Shown here: positions 32,485 through 51,472 of the stretch, piece after piece
Position numbering within the stretch: the stretch's first letter is position 1
How the letters are laid out: the number at the start of each line of letters is the position of its first letter
DNA from: Bugula neritina
Lineage: Eukaryota > Animalia > Bryozoa
Direction: 5' to 3'
Length of the DNA: 64,000 bases
Assembly: GCA_964035545.1 (NCBI GenBank)
Contig: OZ037766.1
Location: 24,792,126 to 24,856,125, forward strand
The notes under the pieces: generated by a model
The model's input: the letters and a program-made list of their open reading frames with translations, nothing else
Database searches by the model: none
What the model was told of the DNA's origin: nothing
Program-made: the position numbers and the translations under genes

Positions 32485-32537
32485 ATTTATTACTAGTAGT
32501 TTCGTACACAAAAATGATGTGCACTCGTCAAATAAAT
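32485..32537 (-). ncRNA. Minimal hammerhead ribozyme in the 3' pseudo-LTR; core mutated CUGA to UUGA
   Basis: Minus strand reads AUUUAU-UUGACGA-GUGCACA..UGUGUAC-GAAAC-UACUA-GUA-AUAAAU. Confidence 0.7.
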
Positions 32538-34591
32538 TTGCCACTATGTTTGCTTACAACTATAAAATATTGTAATATGTAAATATACACAGAATAAAGC
32601 TAGAAGATCAAAATATAACAAAGAGGTAGCATTGGAAGTAATTGGCTATGTCACAGCATTCTTGAGCAGAAATTTACTACTATGTCTGCATATAAATAAA
32701 AAGTCATTGCGCTTATTGAGAGAAGACAAATGCGGCTTATAAAGAATGAAATATTTTTCCCATAAGCACAGCTGACAGTTTTTAGTGATGTTATTGTATG
32801 GTTGAGCTTTTCTGAGAATTTTCCAGGATATGGTAAAATCCAGACCTTTGTCTTTTAAGAACCAGATGTGTTTGCTTAACTCAGTTTGCAAGCGCTTGGT
32901 TGGGTGCCTGAAGGAACCAAGGTGGTTGTAGTATCTTGCCTTGAATGCAGTGGAGGAAATTCTTACATATGTTTTGACAGTATATCGTTTGATGGGGTGG
33001 ATACATTGGCCTGGTATACACAATGTTTGGGATGGTGCATTCTCCTGGAAGCGGGCATGTCTCTACATTTCTACAGTTACAGCCTGCCTGTGATATAGGG
33101 GCAGTGTTACATTTAGTAACACTTTTGTTGTGGGCAGTGATGGTCTGCTCTAAATTCGGGCAGCAACTGTAGCTGAGTTTGAATGTGTTTTTATTAAATA
33201 TTTTGTGCAGTGGGTGTTTGGTGTGGAATGTATCTTTTATCAGCTTGAGGAATATGAAGCCGATTTTTGTCTTTACATTACAGCTATAAGGTGGGTTGTA
33301 CCAGATGACCCGTCTTTGTCGTATGGGTTTGATGCTTGTATTGGTGTTGTTAGTGTAGTTTTTGTATTTGAGTTAGTAATTATATCCACTTTTAGCCAAC
33401 GCATCTTGATATTGTGGGATGGCATTGTTGAAAATAGTTTCATTAGTAGATATATCACAAAGTCTGCGATTTATGGATTCTGGTATGTTTTTTAATATGC
33501 TAGGAGGATGGTTAGACTCTTTGTGTACATACAGAGGAATGTTGTTAGGCTTAGAGTATGGTGTATGATGTTTCTTGACCAGATCTAGGGTGACATCTAA
33601 ATAGTCAGTTGTCTTAATGTTAACATCTATGGTGATCTTTAGACCGTGTAACTGGAATAATATGCAGAGATCTTTTTTCAGTCTTTCAGCTAGTTGTGGT
33701 TTAAGATCTGTTACTCCTAGCCCATCATCTCCATATAGTCCAATAAATTAGCTTTAAACTTTTTTGAGATTGTACTTAATAAAAATAATCCTACTAATTC
33801 ACATGTTTCAGCACCATCGTGTGAGCCCATATAGTGACGTCAAACAAATTATCTGATTGTCTTTTACCCTAAAATGAGTTGTCATGCACCAATATAGATT
33901 TTTTTGTGTGCAATATGATATTCCGTTCATGATTGCTGACTGTAGTATGCAAGTTGGCAAAGTCGAGAGCATCTGATAGCAGCTTTGGCAATATAGATGG
34001 ATAAAATTCCACGATATCGAACATGATAAAAGAGTGCCTGTTTGTGGTGGTTAAATTGTTGAACCAATGTAAAACTGCAGATGTGCTTTTCCACTGATTT
34101 AGGCCAAGTTTGCTGTTTATCGTTGAATTAATTCTGTCAAGTAGTTGTTTACTCACCCTACCTATCTCTGGTTTGGTGGGGTTAATAAGGCGGCAGGTGG
34201 GGTTAGTTATGTAGTTAGCCTTATGGTCCTTGATAGTAATGAAGGCGGGTTTCTTAGCTGTTATAGTAATTCTGTCTTCAAGTTCCATTTGTTCAGCCAT
34301 GGCTTTGTCCTCACTAGTGATGTTGGAGACTTTATCATTTGATATTTTCTTATAGATTTTAGTGATGTTATTAGTTAAAAGTCTGTCATACGATTCTTTA
34401 TCCATCTTGTAGAAATTGTTGCTTTTATCTGCAGGCACTATTATATTGTCGCTGTTGGTTATTTTATGCTTGATGTCAGAGGATAGCTTGTCTTGAAAGG
34501 TATTGTGGACGTGTCTAAACCTAACAGATCGGATCATGTCAGCTAATCCTTGCTCGAAACTTTGCATAGTTGTAAGCAAACATAGTGGCAA

Positions 34592-34644
34592 ATTTATCTG
34601 ACGAGTGCACATCGTTTTTGTGTACGAAACTACTAGTAATAAAT
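34592..34644 (+). ncRNA. Minimal type I hammerhead ribozyme with intact core, in the inverted pseudo-LTR
   Basis: Stem I AUUUAU/AUAAAU; CUGACGA at 34598-34604; stem II GUGCACA/UGUGUAC; GAAAC; short stem III; GUA cleavage triplet at 34636-34638. Confidence 0.85.
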
Positions 34645-37425
34645 GTCATTATATTAATCAAATCTCATTTTATTTCTTCTAATATATATACATATATAGA
34701 TGTATATATATAATATAACAAACATGGGAATTATTATACTTAACAAAACATGACATACATTCCACTTATTATATGATCAATACAAAACAAAAAGTTTAGT
34801 TTTTGATTTTCACATGAAATAAAAACTATATAGGACTATTTTGTAATAATATATAAACATACACTTAAAGTAACTTCAGTGAATACAGTGCAGTAGTAGC
34901 TTGTAACTTAACTTAACAAACTAGCTTTATATAAGTACCATCACTTCTATTCGCTTTATACTAGAACTTATGCTTCTGTTACTTTATTACCTTTATTCAT
35001 GACGATTTTGCATATAGAAATTGTGATTCAAAATAGAATTGTCAACTAAACATTGTTTTTCCAATTCCAAATTATACTTGAAAATATTTTTATCTATGTT
35101 ACACTTATGTCAAACTACTTTGCTTTGGCAAAATTAAATCATAATTTAATAAAACTAATATAAAAATCGAACCATTTAGCATTCTAAAATTTTCTACAAC
35201 AAAGCAAATTATTTGATAATGACAAGTTGGGTGTGACTTAAATAAATTTGCCAAACAAACAAGGAAATTGTCAATTTTGCATTTTTTAAAAACTAGTTTC
35301 CTCTGATTGTCTATTCAGGCTATCAGTTAGTTCCTTGTTCTTTGCCTTGAATTTTACAGTATTTGTTTCAGAGAGAGAGATGTGGGGGGGCGTGTGTTTT
35401 TATCAAAAAGCTTAAGCCTAATTCACAATCCAGTGTAGCTATAGTAAATTATTCAGGAAGAATTTCTTTGAATCTTTCTAATGTACTTTTTTACATCATC
35501 TATTTAAAAGTCTTCAACTTTTCTGCATATTTTTAATAGAATAATGTAAATAATAGTGGTATTAGCAGTGCTATGATTTTAGGCAAATGGCAGAACACTA
35601 TTTGACATAATAATAAGATGAAGTTGAACAGTAGAAATTATAACTGTAAACATCATAGAGTTAAGTGTTTGGAATGCGGTATACAGTAGCAGCTTATACT
35701 CTGAGTTTGCTAACTATGTTTATGTAACTCTCTGATGTTTGCATTTATAGATCTTATGTTTTATTAGCTCTGTATTCATATTTGTTTTAAAGCCGTCATA
35801 AAAGTGTGAGTTGAATTAAAGTTGTCAACTATGTGTCATTTCTAAATTCTTATCTAAGATATAAAAACATTATCTGTCACATGCACGCTCAAACTATAAA
35901 TGGCACTATTTTGGCAAAATAAAATTAAAATTCAAGCTTAAGCTGATAAAAAAACCAAACTTATCATATTATAGCTCAAAACACTTTCCACTGCAAAATG
36001 AATTATGAGATCAGACCATCAGTTAGTTCCTTGTCATTTGCTTTGCATTTCACAATGCATGTGTATGTAAGTAAGCCTTTAGAGAAAAATGGAGGGATGG
36101 TTGTATTTCATGAAGAAGTGCGTCTTAGTCTCTATAATGAGCTATATCCAGTCAACTCTTTAAGAGAGTTATCGTAATCTTATTTTAATATTTGTTTATA
36201 TTTTGTTCACTGCCTAAGACTCTTTATATCTAATGCACAGTGTACGTTTAGAGAATAATATAAAGAATAGTACTGGTTACAGTTACCTGTTTTTTTCTCT
36301 CAGTACTCAACGTACTAATAGTTGACTTGATAAATACTTATAAGTTGGGGTATAAGTTATATTAATTGATCTTATATAGAGGAAGTACGGCTATTATATG
36401 GTCTGTTGGAATAAAAATTAAACAAAAATAGTTGTTTAGCGTTATATAGTAAGACAATTTCACTAGAAGGAAGAAATTGTCAAAGAAGTGGTCTTTTCTA
36501 TTATTTCTATACCTGCTTTTATATTAAAGATTTTAGTGGTTTACACGGGTTACCAGTTCTCAGATTAATATGAAAAACATTAAAATGAATACCTACTTGA
36601 AAGTAAAACAACGCAGCATCCGCGTTAGCTAACTCACTTCTATTTTCAATAACAATTGTATAGCAATCATGATCATGAAAATTATTCAGTATAACAGAAA
36701 GCAAGTTGCAATGCTGTATAGATAACGAGTGTAATCAAACCACCTAGAATTAGCCCTGGTATTGGCCTACTTTGTAGAAAGTTAATGGATATGCAATAGC
36801 GTTTATATAGCAGTTGTCGTGCTGCATTGGACTTCTGTCTAATGCTGTTAAAAACTTATTTAGTCTATTATTGTTCATTATAGAAAACATTAGCAAAGTC
36901 CAAATATGTTCTTTTTGTGATTCTGTTCTTTTATCCAGAGCTAACAGCAGGAGTGCTAATATGCGGCAAGGAAGTCCTTTTAAAAACTTGGAGGTGCTAA
37001 TTATAACTGGGTCAGATTTTTTAATGTCTGGTGCCACTTAGTGTTGCATACCTGTTCAGGAAAATGTATAAGCTGAGAAACAGGTGAGAAGTTGCTGCAA
37101 ATAGTCTCTACATCTTTAAAATGCATGTTATATTTTACAAGCGATAATCAGTAATGATATTGATAAACACTGTTAGTGATCACAGTTATTGGTGAACATG
37201 CATTATGATCAATTATATAGATTAGCTAAAATATCATTGAGCACATTTTTCCTTTCCTGGTTGAATAAAAATTTTTATCAATTTTGGCACTAAATGATAA
37301 TTATTATTGGCATGAATTGATTATTGAAGAATTATTTATCACTCAGCATTGGCATCAAATTACTCACTATTTATACCACTATATTTTCATATTTTTAAAT
37401 AGATAATCAGAAATCTGTTGGTGTG

Positions 37426-37433
37426 TATATAAA
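37426..37433 (+). promoter_or_regulatory. TATA box of array gene copy 3
   Basis: TATATAAAG at the position homologous to copies 1 and 4. Confidence 0.6.
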
Positions 37434-37553
37434 GAAGAGTTTCTCAAATTTTCGTTATTTTATGCTTATATAAGGAAGTTGCAATACCAGCGTAATGGTA
37501 AAAAGTTAATAAAGAAACAGTATATTGTAGAGAGTTTTCCAAACACACAAGCA

Positions 37554-43478
<5,925 letters not shown>

Positions 43479-43688
43479 GTATTACAAACTCAATTTATTT
43501 TTAAGAAATACTATTATTTGTTAAAACAAAAACTCATGCAAATATCAGTGGCAAGAAATGTGTTTTTTTCAGAAATTAAAGTTCAATATATTATTATGAT
43601 CTTGTTATCTTTTATATCTTTAAGAAGTATTTTTAATTGAGAGTGGGCAATCGTTTGCCCTATACACAATGACTTCTGATATTTTCTA

Positions 43689-45152
43689 TTTAGCTATCTT
43701 TTCATAATTGCTCGAGCAATTATAGTCTTTAGCTCGTTCAACCAATAAGGATTAGAAATTTCAGTTGGCAGCCAGTTCTATTATTAAGACAACATCATAC
43801 TGCTTGCTTTTCAGCATTCTTAATGGTTGAATAAAAGCTGAAAGACTAAATGACTGCATTACAAATTGCACGAAATGCTCATTACTAGTAGAGATTATAC
43901 ATCTATATATTATAGTTCGTATGTATACCAATTCTTGTTTTGCTTAATTGTATATGATATCAATTAATATGCATGTATATTTTTTATTAGTAGCTTAAGT
44001 TTGCATGTTATAACAATAATATAGCTATTTTATATACCTAAAAACATCATTTTACTTTCACATATTTTTTTGAATAAGCGGCACTAGTACACTAAAATTA
44101 ATGTATCCATAAATTAGCAGTGGAATTCTATTTTGCTTTTGAATAACTATTATTTGAAAATAATATTATGATCTTGTGGCTAATAACATATTATAATCAC
44201 ATATCACCATATATTACGTAGTATTTCATACTACATAAATTGCGTCTATAACACAGTTAGCATATAATTATCATGTCATGTAGTGGTCTGTAGCTGAGAG
44301 TTGCCTTTGCCAGTAATTCAAACTGACTGCATTTGCTTGTGCGTCAGTGACTTGTGTCTAGGAGAACACAACTCTAACATATAACAAGCTTGACCAATCA
44401 TGTAACAGCCTTGCCATGAACACACCCATGTTTATAGGATTCTATATGTAGTCGGAGACAAAATATTGATTAAACAATGCAATACAGGTGATTGAATAGT
44501 TCTATAAGCAGCTCACAGCTGGGGATTTTAGTTTGGGGAGTCTTGGGTTTGGAGTTATGACCTCAACTCTAAACTCAAGACCTCCAAATTGACATCGCCC
44601 TTCACCCCCAAAATAACATCGTCCTTCACCCCCAAATCTGAGCTGCTTTGTAGAACCATTCCACTTGATCAGCAGAAGAGAGCCTCTAAGCACCGCATGA
44701 TACACATGTGTTGGAGTTTGGTCCATTAGCTGCTAACTTACATTATATATGCCTAATGTAGTGTTTTAAGCCCCAATTAAGGCTGTGCACTCTGTCACAC
44801 AGGGTCATTGAGTTCATCTGTTGGCTTCGCAGCCACTTATACCACCAAAACATTTGGCTTCAAAACACTGAAGTTAGTTATTCTTATTGTATAAGACAAA
44901 AAACATTGCATCAGCATAATATGTGCATAAGCTATTACAGGCATACTAAATGCAGTAGTATTCATGATCTCTCTTGGCATATTATTGAAGGCTTTTAAAA
45001 CAATAGATTGCAACTAGTTTGATGATTTAAATTAATCATTTTCAAAACTTTTTGTGGTTCCTATAGTTTTATTTGGATAAAATTTGTTTTCATAACCATC
45101 AATAAACTTTGCATATGAAAAAACTGAGTAAATAATACCTACATGCAAATAT
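43689..45152 (+). repeat. ~1.45-kb segmental duplication of the copy-3 downstream region; second copy at ~53204-54612
   Basis: Both copies start TTAGCTATCTTTTCATAATTGC and end AACTGAGTAAATAATACCTACATGCA. Confidence 0.9.
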
Positions 45153-45229
45153 TCACTGACTTTCCATGGATCAATCTCAGATCGATCTCTTGAGACCGAT
45201 CCATGGAAAGACGTTAAAGATCGATCTCC

Positions 45230-48200
45230 ATTCTGGATGGACACCTGTCCTGAGCGCTCGATCTTGTAGGTATGGTTGGGCATAGCCTCGACTATCACGT
45301 AGGGTCCCACAAACTTGGGCTGTAGTTTAGCCGCCTGTTCGCGACGCTTACAGTAATTGACCATCCACACCCAATCTCCTGTCTGATAGAGGGGTGGTTC
45401 CTCGGAATCCTCGCGCCGCAGCTGCCACTGCTTTTCTTGCAGCATTTCGTGTGCCACCCTCATCCGTTCCACTAGTTCGCTGGCATACTCGTGAACCGAG
45501 CTGTCTTGCTCTGGAACGTGGTAGGTAAGATGGTCAGGGACTCGAGTATCTCTCCCGAGCATCAGGAGGTTTGGGGTCTCACCAGTACTGGTGTGTGGGG
45601 TGCTATGGTATGCGCGCATGACTTGCGGCAACACCGTGTCCAATTCCTCCTGGCTGCGTCCGAAGAGTAGACTCCGGAGCGCATCACCTAGCATCAGGTT
45701 TTTGCGCTTCACCACCCCGTTACCTTGGGGGTGGTAGAGGGTGGTCCTGCTCTGATTTACTCCCCAGAGCTGGCAAAGGTCGCTCATCAGTTGAGACTGG
45801 AACTGAGCGCCTTGATCAGAGTGTATCTGCTCGGGAAGACCAAAGTAACAGAATACATGTTGGTCTAGCGCCCTGGCCACTGTCGGGGCTGACGCATCTG
45901 GGATAGCCAGCGCGTCCGCCCACCTCGTAAAGTGGTCGGTTAGTACTAAGATCCAACTATTGCCTCTGGGGGTCAGGGGCATGGGTCCGACCAGGTCGAC
46001 AGCTACCACTTGCCACGACCTTCCAGCATATAACCTTCGCCGTCCCACTTCACCAGGGAGACGGCCATGCTTGCTGGCCTGGCAGATTTCACACTGTTTT
46101 ACTCTGAGTCGGACATCACGCCCCATCTTGGGCCACTACCACCGGAGTTGCAATTTGGAGATCACTCTCTGGACTCCTGCGTGAGCCTGTTTGTGAGTGT
46201 CCCAAATTAACTCACGGCGTATGGCCCTGGGGCAGACCACCCTCTTCCTCTCTGGGTGTCTGCCGTTGGCAGCTAGAGAAATGGTCAGCAGACCATCCTG
46301 CCCGATCCTCAGCGAGTCTCAACGCTGGCAGAATAGCCGGAATTTGGCGCATCCCTGCCGTAGTTGTTCCTCGCTGAGTCGTCGCCCTTCCTTTTTGGCC
46401 CGATATACGTCTGCCACTACTCAAGGCAGCTCTTCCTGAAGCTTCCTCAGCTCCCGGATATTATCGGCCCAAACAGGGTTGGCGTGGAGGTTCTGTACAA
46501 CCTCTGGGGACTCGTCAGCTGCCTGCTTGAGCTGACCTTGGTCCCATTCAAACTGTGCTCCGTGGTGAGCCAGTGTCTCCAATTCACACCGCGGGGGACC
46601 TCCGTCCCTCCTCTCGATGTTGAGACACTGTTTGCAACCTCCATCAGGTCGGCGGCTCAAACCAACCGCATTGCTGTGTCTCCTGCCCGATCGATGTTCG
46701 ATCCGGTAGGAGAACTCAGCTAGGATTTCGAGCCACCGGGCGACCTGACTGGAAGACTCTGCTCTCTTGCACAACCAGATCAGAGAGGCATGATCCGTGC
46801 GCAGCCGGAACTTCCTGCCATATAGGTATGGTCTGAAGTGCTTCACCGAAATGATCACTGCCAGCAACTCCTTGCGGGTAGTGCAGTAATTTCGTTCAGT
46901 GGGTGAGAGAGACTTGCTGTAGTAGGCTACTACTACTTCTCGGCCTTCCTGCACTTGAGACAGCACAGCGCCAACATTCTGGTCACTGGCGTCTGTGTCG
47001 AGGATGTACTCCAGAGTGGGATCTGGGTAGGCCAAGATAGGTGCCGTCAGTAGGCAACCCTTGAGGCGGTCAAACGCTCCTTGCTCGACCGGGGTACACT
47101 GCGACGTCACTCCCTTTGCGGTGAGCTGGTTTAACGGCTGCGCTATCCTCACAAAGTCTATTATGTATTGTCTGTAGTACCCTACCAAACCCAAGAAAGC
47201 CCGAAGTCCGGTTAAGTCTTGGGGGGTGACCCAGTCCTCTATCGCCCGTACCTTCTCGGAATTCGTTGCCACGCCGTTTCGACCGACAACGTGCCCCAGG
47301 TACTTGACCTCCGGCTGCAATAGAGTGCACTTGGAAGATTTGAGTTTCAGACCGGCACCTCGGAGCCTTTCAAAAACCTCCCGCAGACGACTGGCGTGTG
47401 TCTCGAAGTCTGGGGAGATCACAATGGCATCATCGAGGTAGATCAGCAGTGTATTTCAGTGGAGTCTGCTTAGGACTTGCTCCATCAGCCTCTGAAAGGT
47501 GGCTGGGGCGGAGGTTAACTCGAAGGGCAGCACCTTCCACTTCCATAGTCCGTCCCGTGTGATAAATGCCGCCTTCTCCTGGGCGTCGGGACTCAGAGGA
47601 ACCTGCCAAAAACCGCTCAACAAATCTAGCGTACTGAAGTACTTGCTGCCGGCTAGGGCGTCCAGTGATTCATCAATACGAGGTAGAGGGTAGGCGTCCT
47701 GTATGGTCACGCTATTGAGCTTGCGGTAGTCTACACAGAACCGCCAACTGCCGTCTTTCTTCCGGACCAACACGATCGGCAAGCTCCACGCACTGTGGGC
47801 TGGCTCGATGAGGCCCCAGCCCAGAAGATCCCGGACTTGTCGGCTAACCTCCTCCTCTTTCTCCGGCCCCAACCTGCGTGTGGGTTGCCGAATAGGGACT
47901 GTCCCAGCAGTCAGCGGTATCTCGTGTCTGAAAGCTCCAGTCAGTCCCACGTCGTGATCTCTGCTGCTGAACACTTCACCGTAGTCGCGTAGCGACTTCG
48001 CCATAGCCTGGCGTTCTTCGTTGCTCGCACAGCCACCACAGGCTCTCTCATATAGCTCCCGGATGTGTGTTGGGACAGCCCCTCGCCCCTTTGTAGGGCG
48101 TTGAGGGGGTTCCTCTGTCGCCTCTCCCAGCGACGGGCCCACATCCTCCTCTTGGACAGAGTGGAACCGGCCCAGCATAGACCCAGCTCGTAGCTTGATA

Positions 48201-49160
48201 GACTCAGTAAAGGGATTGACACACTGCCCTAAGATCTCTCCTCGCTCAGTCAGTTGGTTTAAACTGCTGGCAAGTTGGATTCTTTTGTGGGCGCCTTCAA
48301 CTACCCCGAGTCCAGAGATCCGGTTATCATTCACTCTGCAGTGAATAGTAGCCCGGGAGCGGCCTGGTACGGTACAGTTTCGTACCACCTGCACACCTCC
48401 CACTAAGGGGCGTCCGAACTTGTCGACACAGGCGAGTTCTCGCCCGGACATCACCATCGCAGACTTGTTAAAGTCGATGTGACATCCGTGCCGTTTTAGG
48501 AAAGGCATCCCAAGAATGGCGTCCTCTTTGAGCTGACTGATGATAAACGTCTCTTGGATCGTTTGATCTCGGACGCGTCCCGTCAGCTCAATTATACCGT
48601 AGAAGGAAATGCATGACCCATCAGCTAGGGTGCCATACTCCCCCTCATACGGATCCATCTCGCCCCTGACCTTAGCGCTAAAGGTGTCGAAGAGTTGGCG
48701 ACTTATGAGGTTCGTGGTACAGCCCGAATCAAGTAGGAAAGTGACAGCTTTGCCCTCTATTTTGCCGGGCAAGAAATAGCTGTTTCCATGGGGCTGTACC
48801 TGTACTCTCCCTTTGTGCCTTACTCTCGCAGGGAGTACCTCCCTCGCTTTAGGTCGCGAAGGAGGTAGCTTGGGACGGTGGTAGTGTAGCCTCGGAGGTA
48901 GGGAGGCTAACTTCCCAGTTGCCTGTGCCGGTTCCCTTCCGGATTCTTGGGCTGGGAGCCCGTCGAATCGGTTGTGAAGTGGCATGGAGAAGGTAACAGC
49001 GGGGCGGAGCCCCTTACCTGTCGGCCGTGGCTGTCGCCACTCCTGGTTGTCAGCACGCGGTACCCGTCTGGGTGACCTACGCTTCCTCTTTCCTGAGGGG
49101 TTCATCGCCGGCCCGCAGGAGACGAGAACATTTGCGGGCCACGGTAGTTTAATCCCGGAG
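45230..49160 (-). pseudogene. pol: Gypsy D pol (protease, RT, RNase H, integrase) with stops and frameshifts
   Basis: Motifs FLLDSGC, WRFCVDYRKLN, YLDD (after a TGA at 47456-58), TDASD, VDLVGP, SDQGAQF, YHPQGNG and KFVGPY. Confidence 0.95.
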
Positions 49161-50045
49161 CTAGGAGAGGGCAATATCTGCGGAAATGTCCTTAGTTTCC
49201 ACATTCCCAGCAAAAACTGACTGCTTCCCCCGGTGGCGGCGCCGGCAGCCGCGGAGGCTCATAGGCGGTACCTACTGGGGTTTGATGTGTCAGTGTTGCT
49301 ATCAGTTTAGCCAACATGTCGGTCAATTGGACGACCTTCGATGCGGCAGTTAACTGTGCCACGGCAGCGGTCGCGGAGAACCTCGCTTCCCGCTCGGCTG
49401 CCGTGTCAGTGGGCTCTATTTCCACTTGGCGAGAGTTCCCGCAATTTTTATGCATCTGGTTCGCCAGAAGATAGGCTTCCTCTTCTGCCAGAGCACCTTC
49501 GACTGTGGTAACTCCCCTAGCTAAAAATTGGTGGTGGAGTCCCAAGTCGTTGATAGACTGTATAAAGGCGTCAAGAGTGTACCTCCCACGGTTGGCTTGG
49601 GGCAGATCGCTATACGCAATCTGCGCCAGCTTCATGACCGTGGCGGCATGTTCTTGTAGCGGGGTGTGAGGATCACGCCGCAGCCTTTGTAGACGGGCCG
49701 GGCATCTATAGCGGAGATGCCGAAACGGGCCCGCAGAAAAGCAAAGATACTATCGATGTCTAAGCCTAACCCATAGGGCTTAGCTTTGTCCATCAATGAC
49801 ATTCTGAGCTTCAGCAGGGCCACTCTAGGGGACCAATAGGTGACATCCATTACGTCGCTAAACTCTTGGATGAATTGCTCCACCTCTTCTTCGCCCGTGA
49901 ATGTGGGCGCCTTTAACCGGTAGCGGTCCTTGTTCAGCTCTCGAGGAACCCTTCGCTCTTCTACCACATGATTCACAGGAATAACATTGTCTCTACGCTC
50001 ACCTTCTACTGCCGGTGGTTGCATTCCAGCGCTTCCAGTCTCCAT
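49102..50045 (-). pseudogene. gag: Gypsy D gag; frameshift near 49690 and a stop inside the CCHC knuckle
   Basis: Reads DRYRLKAPTFTGEEEVEQFIQEF and CWECGN*GHFRRYCP. Confidence 0.85.
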
Positions 50046-51472
50046 CTTGGATGTGCACTATCCCACTGCTGCAACAACTGTTATATTTTTCAGCTTTGGG
50101 TTGATGTGCAATCCAGAGAGTCTATTTATTTGCTAGAGAACTTCACCAGGATAAGTCGAGTTAATACGAGTATATTTTACACACAAGAATACACCACAAC
50201 AACTATACAAATACATTCAGTTAATCTACACATCTATACAATTCAACACTCTATCATCGACTCACTAACAGCGGGAAAACTAAATACTGCTACTAACTAC
50301 CAGTGTCGCTAATTAGCTGTCCATTGTTCCGGATCAATTACGTGACCCCGTGCTGTATTAGTGAGAGAAATAACATTTCCCCGTATTACGCTGCTGGTAG
50401 CTCTACGAGCCACCACAATAATTACTAAGCAAAGTATTAAACGATCATGATAACCACTTTTTCAGGTGGCAAAACTTTGACTTTCAGTACAATGATTAAG
50501 AAAACTCAATCATATGCAGTAGAAGGTAAAAAAATGGGAAAATTTAAATTGAATTTAAATGACTATCAAAACTTAGTTTCATTAGCTATTTTCTTTGTAA
50601 TTTTAAGCCTAACAGTCCTGTAATTTTATTAATAATCTGCAAGACAGCCATTAATTTATATAAGCTTTCAAGCTAAAAAATTAAAATTAATTATTTTAAA
50701 TTGGCCAAATTACCATACACTGAAAGCTTTGCTGCGTATATTTTATAGCTGGGATTAAATTTTAGACTACTACCATTTTGTTTTCTACAGTAGTAGCTTT
50801 AATCACTCAAATAGGTGAACAAATTATACTTTTAAAGTATCCTTCACTTGAGAGGAGGCAACTTCGCGGGATCGATCTGACACTCTCGTGGAAAAACGAT
50901 CGTTCTGAGCATATTTCTGAGATCGATCTCAGCGAGATTGATCTGAGATCGGTACATGGAAAGCACGTGATAGAAAAACGACCGTCTAAGAACTGTGCTC
51001 AGATCGATCTCAGCCGAGTTGCCTCCTCTTAAGTGAAGGGTACTTTAATAGTATAATTTGTTCATCCATTTGAGTGATTAAAGCTACTGCAGTTGAAAAA
51101 CAAGATTTTCATAGTCTAAAATTTAACGCCAGCTATAAACTTTACGCAGCAAAAGCTTTTGGTGTAAAGTAATTTCGCCAATTTAAAAGATCGATCCATG
51201 GAAAGCCCGTGATAGATAACCTTGAAGTTATTATTTTCACATATTTAAAACATAATATTGTAATGGATTTTCATCCTATATTTGTTCTGAAGTAACTGCG
51301 TGCATCAGTATTATAATTACTCATTGCGTATCATTTTTAATGCTGTAATTGTAGCTAAGTTGGGGTAGCTTTCTAACGTCCAAGTATTGTGATTGTTGTT
51401 AAAGCTTTCCGTGTAATGTAATTTTCATAAAATACGCATTCTGGAGTTATATATTTTTTACCATTTTTATCG

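Larger units (their letters stand above)
32383..34679 (-). mobile_element. Penelope-like retroelement (RT + GIY-YIG), 5'-truncated with an inverted pseudo-LTR, frameshifted
   Basis: RT motifs KDHK...PTCRLINP, FDIVEFYPSI and IGLYGDDG (33721-33744). GIY-YIG-like TYVRISSTAFKARYYNH...CQLCLWEK...LNKRND at 32646-33023. Inverted 114-bp repeats at 32450-32563 and 34566-34679. Confidence 0.92.
45230..50417 (-). mobile_element. Ty3/gypsy retrotransposon D: 5' LTR (50079-50417), tRNA-Leu PBS (50060-50076), gag, pol; 3'-truncated
   Basis: TG..CA LTR and PBS TGTTGCAGCAGTGGGAT. Domain order is gag-PR-RT-RH-IN. Confidence 0.95.
45154..51211. mobile_element. CAC...GTG-terminated foldback/TIR element enclosing gypsy fragment D
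   Basis: Left end CACTGACTTTCCATGGATCAATCT; right end AGATCGATCCATGGAAAGCCCGTG. Host sequence resumes at ~51230 (TTTTCACATATTTAAAA, compare 54620). Internal inverted repeat at 50695-50865 and 51016-51188. Confidence 0.6.

Noticed and set aside
45032-45229. Novel C-terminal extension of the gypsy D integrase ORF
   Set aside because: It is read-through from the truncation point into the foldback element end and host DNA.
50866-51015. GATCGATCT repeats (and the 40009-40080 repeats) as a CRISPR-like array
   Set aside because: Units are short, irregularly spaced and lack unique equal-length spacers. The context is eukaryotic and there are no cas genes.
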